This document shows, one piece after another, positions 61,483 to 64,000 of a DNA stretch of 64,000 nt. Origin of the DNA: Eledone cirrhosa (taxonomy: Eukaryota). Below the pieces are notes generated by a model. It worked only from the letters and a program-made list of their open reading frames with translations, ran no database searches and had not been told where the DNA came from. Numbering within the stretch: position 1 is the first letter of the stretch; each line of letters starts with the position of its first letter. The translations under genes were made by a program, and so were the position numbers. Location: NCBI GenBank assembly GCA_964016885.1, contig OZ024746.1, positions 83,390,001-83,454,000 of the forward strand, read 5' to 3'.

Positions 61483-61689
61483 GTAGTGGCTTTGAAAATA
61501 CTGGAATCTGTATACTGGCAAATTAAAATGGAAATTGAAACAAGTAGTAGAGGAAGCTAAGCCTCCTAAACCAAACATCATAGTTAGCCTATGAATTTTT
61601 CAGTCTACCATCATATGTGATAATTTCATTGTCCAAATATTAAAGAATGGCTATCAGAATTCTGCAGAATGGTACCAGTCATTTGTATA

Positions 61690-62021
61690 ATCATTGCAAC
61701 TCTGAGATCAGTTAGTCACTTCAGGTAGAGCCACTACTTCTCTGAATTGAGAGATCACAGCTCTGATACTATGGGCATGTGGTTAGAATGTCTCAGGAAA
61801 GAATCACTGGACAGATTTTACAGGCAAAACCAACTGGCAAAGAGACCCAGAGATAAACCCTGAGCAAGATGGTTGGATAACATCCATGAGCTTGGCTGGT
61901 CACGCTTGGGGATCCAGCCTGATCAGTTGGAGACGGTTTCTTCTGACAGGAGCTGCTGGTAGGAGTGTTTGAGGACTTTGCCCCCACGACCCTCTCAGGA
62001 ATAAGTGGATGAAGAAGAAGA
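61690..62021 (+). mobile_element. Expander/Rex3-like RTE LINE 3' fragment with (GAA)n tail
   Basis: Reads VEPLLL*IERSQL*YYGHVVRMSQERITGQILQAKPTG...WLDNIHELGWSRLGIQPDQLE...LPPRPS, with stops and frameshifts. Confidence 0.8.
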
Positions 62022-62024
62022 TTG

Positions 62025-62780
62025 TGTATTAATCACCACAACCCTAGACTGTAACAACTTCCTTCATACAATTTAATGGAATATATTGTTTAGATACTAA
62101 ATGGCTCATGTGACCAACCAATCATAGCTTCATCAATAAAAACTTTTGTGTGTGGATTATAACTTGAAATTTATTTCACACTATATCCATAAAAGACTGC
62201 ACATAAGCAAATATATCATGTCCAGGATTGTTCATTAGGAAGAGTTAGCTGATGTATCTATCATAAAGATTAAAAAATAACCTTAAATGTTCAAAATGTT
62301 CACAAGAAAACATTTTATCTAAGCTAGCTATATGGTACAACATATCCATTATCTCGTATACATCATACGCCGCGAGTGCTACATATATTCCCATCATGAT
62401 GATACATCCTAACAAAGTTTTCATTTCTTTTTTCAGTATATTATAACCATGTTCCATTGGGTCATGTTCCATATATCTTTAGACATATCTATTGCTTTCT
62501 TCAGCTGTAATTTCATATAAATATGCAGGAAAAAATATATTTTAAAAAAAATCTTATCTCGGTCCTATCTCTATCTCATTTTGTGTTATTCCTGAAAAGT
62601 CAGAGCTATTTATTGTGCGACATTATTCGTTCCACTTGTTTATAGAAATATGATTCTCACAACCAACATAAGAAGTATTAATGTCTGTGTCATCTAAAGT
62701 AGATTTAAAACATTTCCTATACATATTTGCATTATCCCTAGTGAAAAAGCCATGAAATTCATCTTCGGAACTAATTGCTT
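62025..62780 (-). pseudogene. Decayed piggyBac transposase, N-terminal half
   Basis: Ordered minus-strand motifs SEDEFHGF, EESNRY, EMKTLLGCIIMMGI, MFSCEHFEHLRLFF, YNPHTKVFIDEAMIG and KQYIP match the recalled piggyBac ETNRYA / EMKAFLG..ILMG / MSR.RF / Y.P....IDESM / KQY.P series. Confidence 0.78.
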
Positions 62781-64000
62781 TTGGTCAAGTAGTAAGAATT
62801 ATTTTTGAAAAAATATGAATTATCATGATTTAACTATTATATACAAGAATTGCATTCTAAAACTTAGTAATGACATTTGTAAAATGTCTTTTTGATTGGC
62901 AGAATCAGTAGAACATTGGACAAAATACTTTGCAGTATTTAGTCATATCCCTTTGTTATGAGTTCAAAATCATACTAAGGTTAACTTTGCTTTTCGTCCA
63001 TCCAGAAATTAAGTACCAGGATTGATTTAATCAACTTATGCCTTCCCCAACAATGGGTGAACAAGTGCCAGGAGTTACTAGTGGAAAGAAACTGCAATAG
63101 AGGAAGACCAGGGCAGAAGTGGTGAGAATAGATCTCAAAATACTGAACCTGACAGAGATGAAGCAATACAGTAGGTTGAGGGAAGCTATGCTAGAAAAGA
63201 CCCATCTAACCTATGCAAGCATATAAAAGGTTGATGATATATATACATATATATATATATATTATTTATACATACTAAATAGTTTCATTTCATTTTTACG
63301 TCCGCTTTTCCTTGCTTGCAAGGGTGGGATGGGAACTGATTCTGGCTTGATTTCTACAGCTGGATGCCCTTCCTAACACCATATATACCCCATCCCACTA
63401 CCCCTACTCCTCCCCACCTCCTATTCCACCCCACCTCACCCCCACTCGCACCAACACCACTCTTTCTCTGTAAAGTTATGTTGGTACCACAACATCCAGT
63501 CCAAAATAAATGAGGTTGTGTAGGTGTCACGACAAAAAAAACACAGTCCATGCTGTAATGTGGCTGTGTAGGTAACAGAAAAAAACCTCTCAGTTCCACA
63601 CTGTAAACGTGGTTGGTGTTAGGAAGGGCATCCAGCCGTAGAAAACCTGCCAGACAGCCCTATACGAGCGAGACATGGTCACCCGACCAATCTTGCCTCA
63701 AGTAGGACAATTCCCGTCTAAACCCATGATGATGATATATATATAATTAATAAATATCAACAGGAGAGAATAGTTTATATATATAATTAATTGTTTCTAA
63801 GTTAGGCACAAGGCCAGCAATTACCCAGTGTATTACTGGTACTTTATTTTATATATATAATTAATAAATGCCAACTTTATCTAATAGAAAAAGCAACCAA
63901 ATTTCCTCCAGGTTGCACCCTACTGATTTCTTTTTTGGTACTCTGTCGGAACAGCATGCTCATGAAATTAATGTGCAAGTGGCTGAACATTCCACAGACA

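Overview
AT-rich eukaryotic DNA, inferred from the repeat landscape to be a coleoid cephalopod (octopus-like). It carries (TA)n microsatellites, tRNA-derived SINEs with (TGA)n tails, RTE-clade LINE debris and TTAA/TA MITEs. Almost all of the supplied ORFs are microsatellite or repeat noise. The only host coding sequence I can support is two phase-0 terminal exons on the + strand, at 5267-5599 and 54213-54389. Both align to the C-terminal segment of histone acetyltransferase HAT1, and I see no other HAT1 exons in the ~48.6 kb between them. The best explanation is one HAT1 gene, with its upstream exons outside the window, carrying duplicated, diverged alternative last exons. The distal exon is canonical. 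The proximal exon adds a Ser-run/Lys-Arg-His-rich tail that looks like a nuclear/nucleolar targeting signal. The rest of the window contains: a ~7 kb TA/TATG microsatellite; 12 copies of a piggyBac-type MITE plus a decayed piggyBac transposase; a deleted mariner; a Helitron; RTE, Expander and CRE-like LINE fragments; two minimal hammerhead-ribozyme-like motifs; a perfect 343-bp palindrome; several smaller hairpins; and a templated inverted insertion. Protein and family identifications come from recalled motifs, not database searches.
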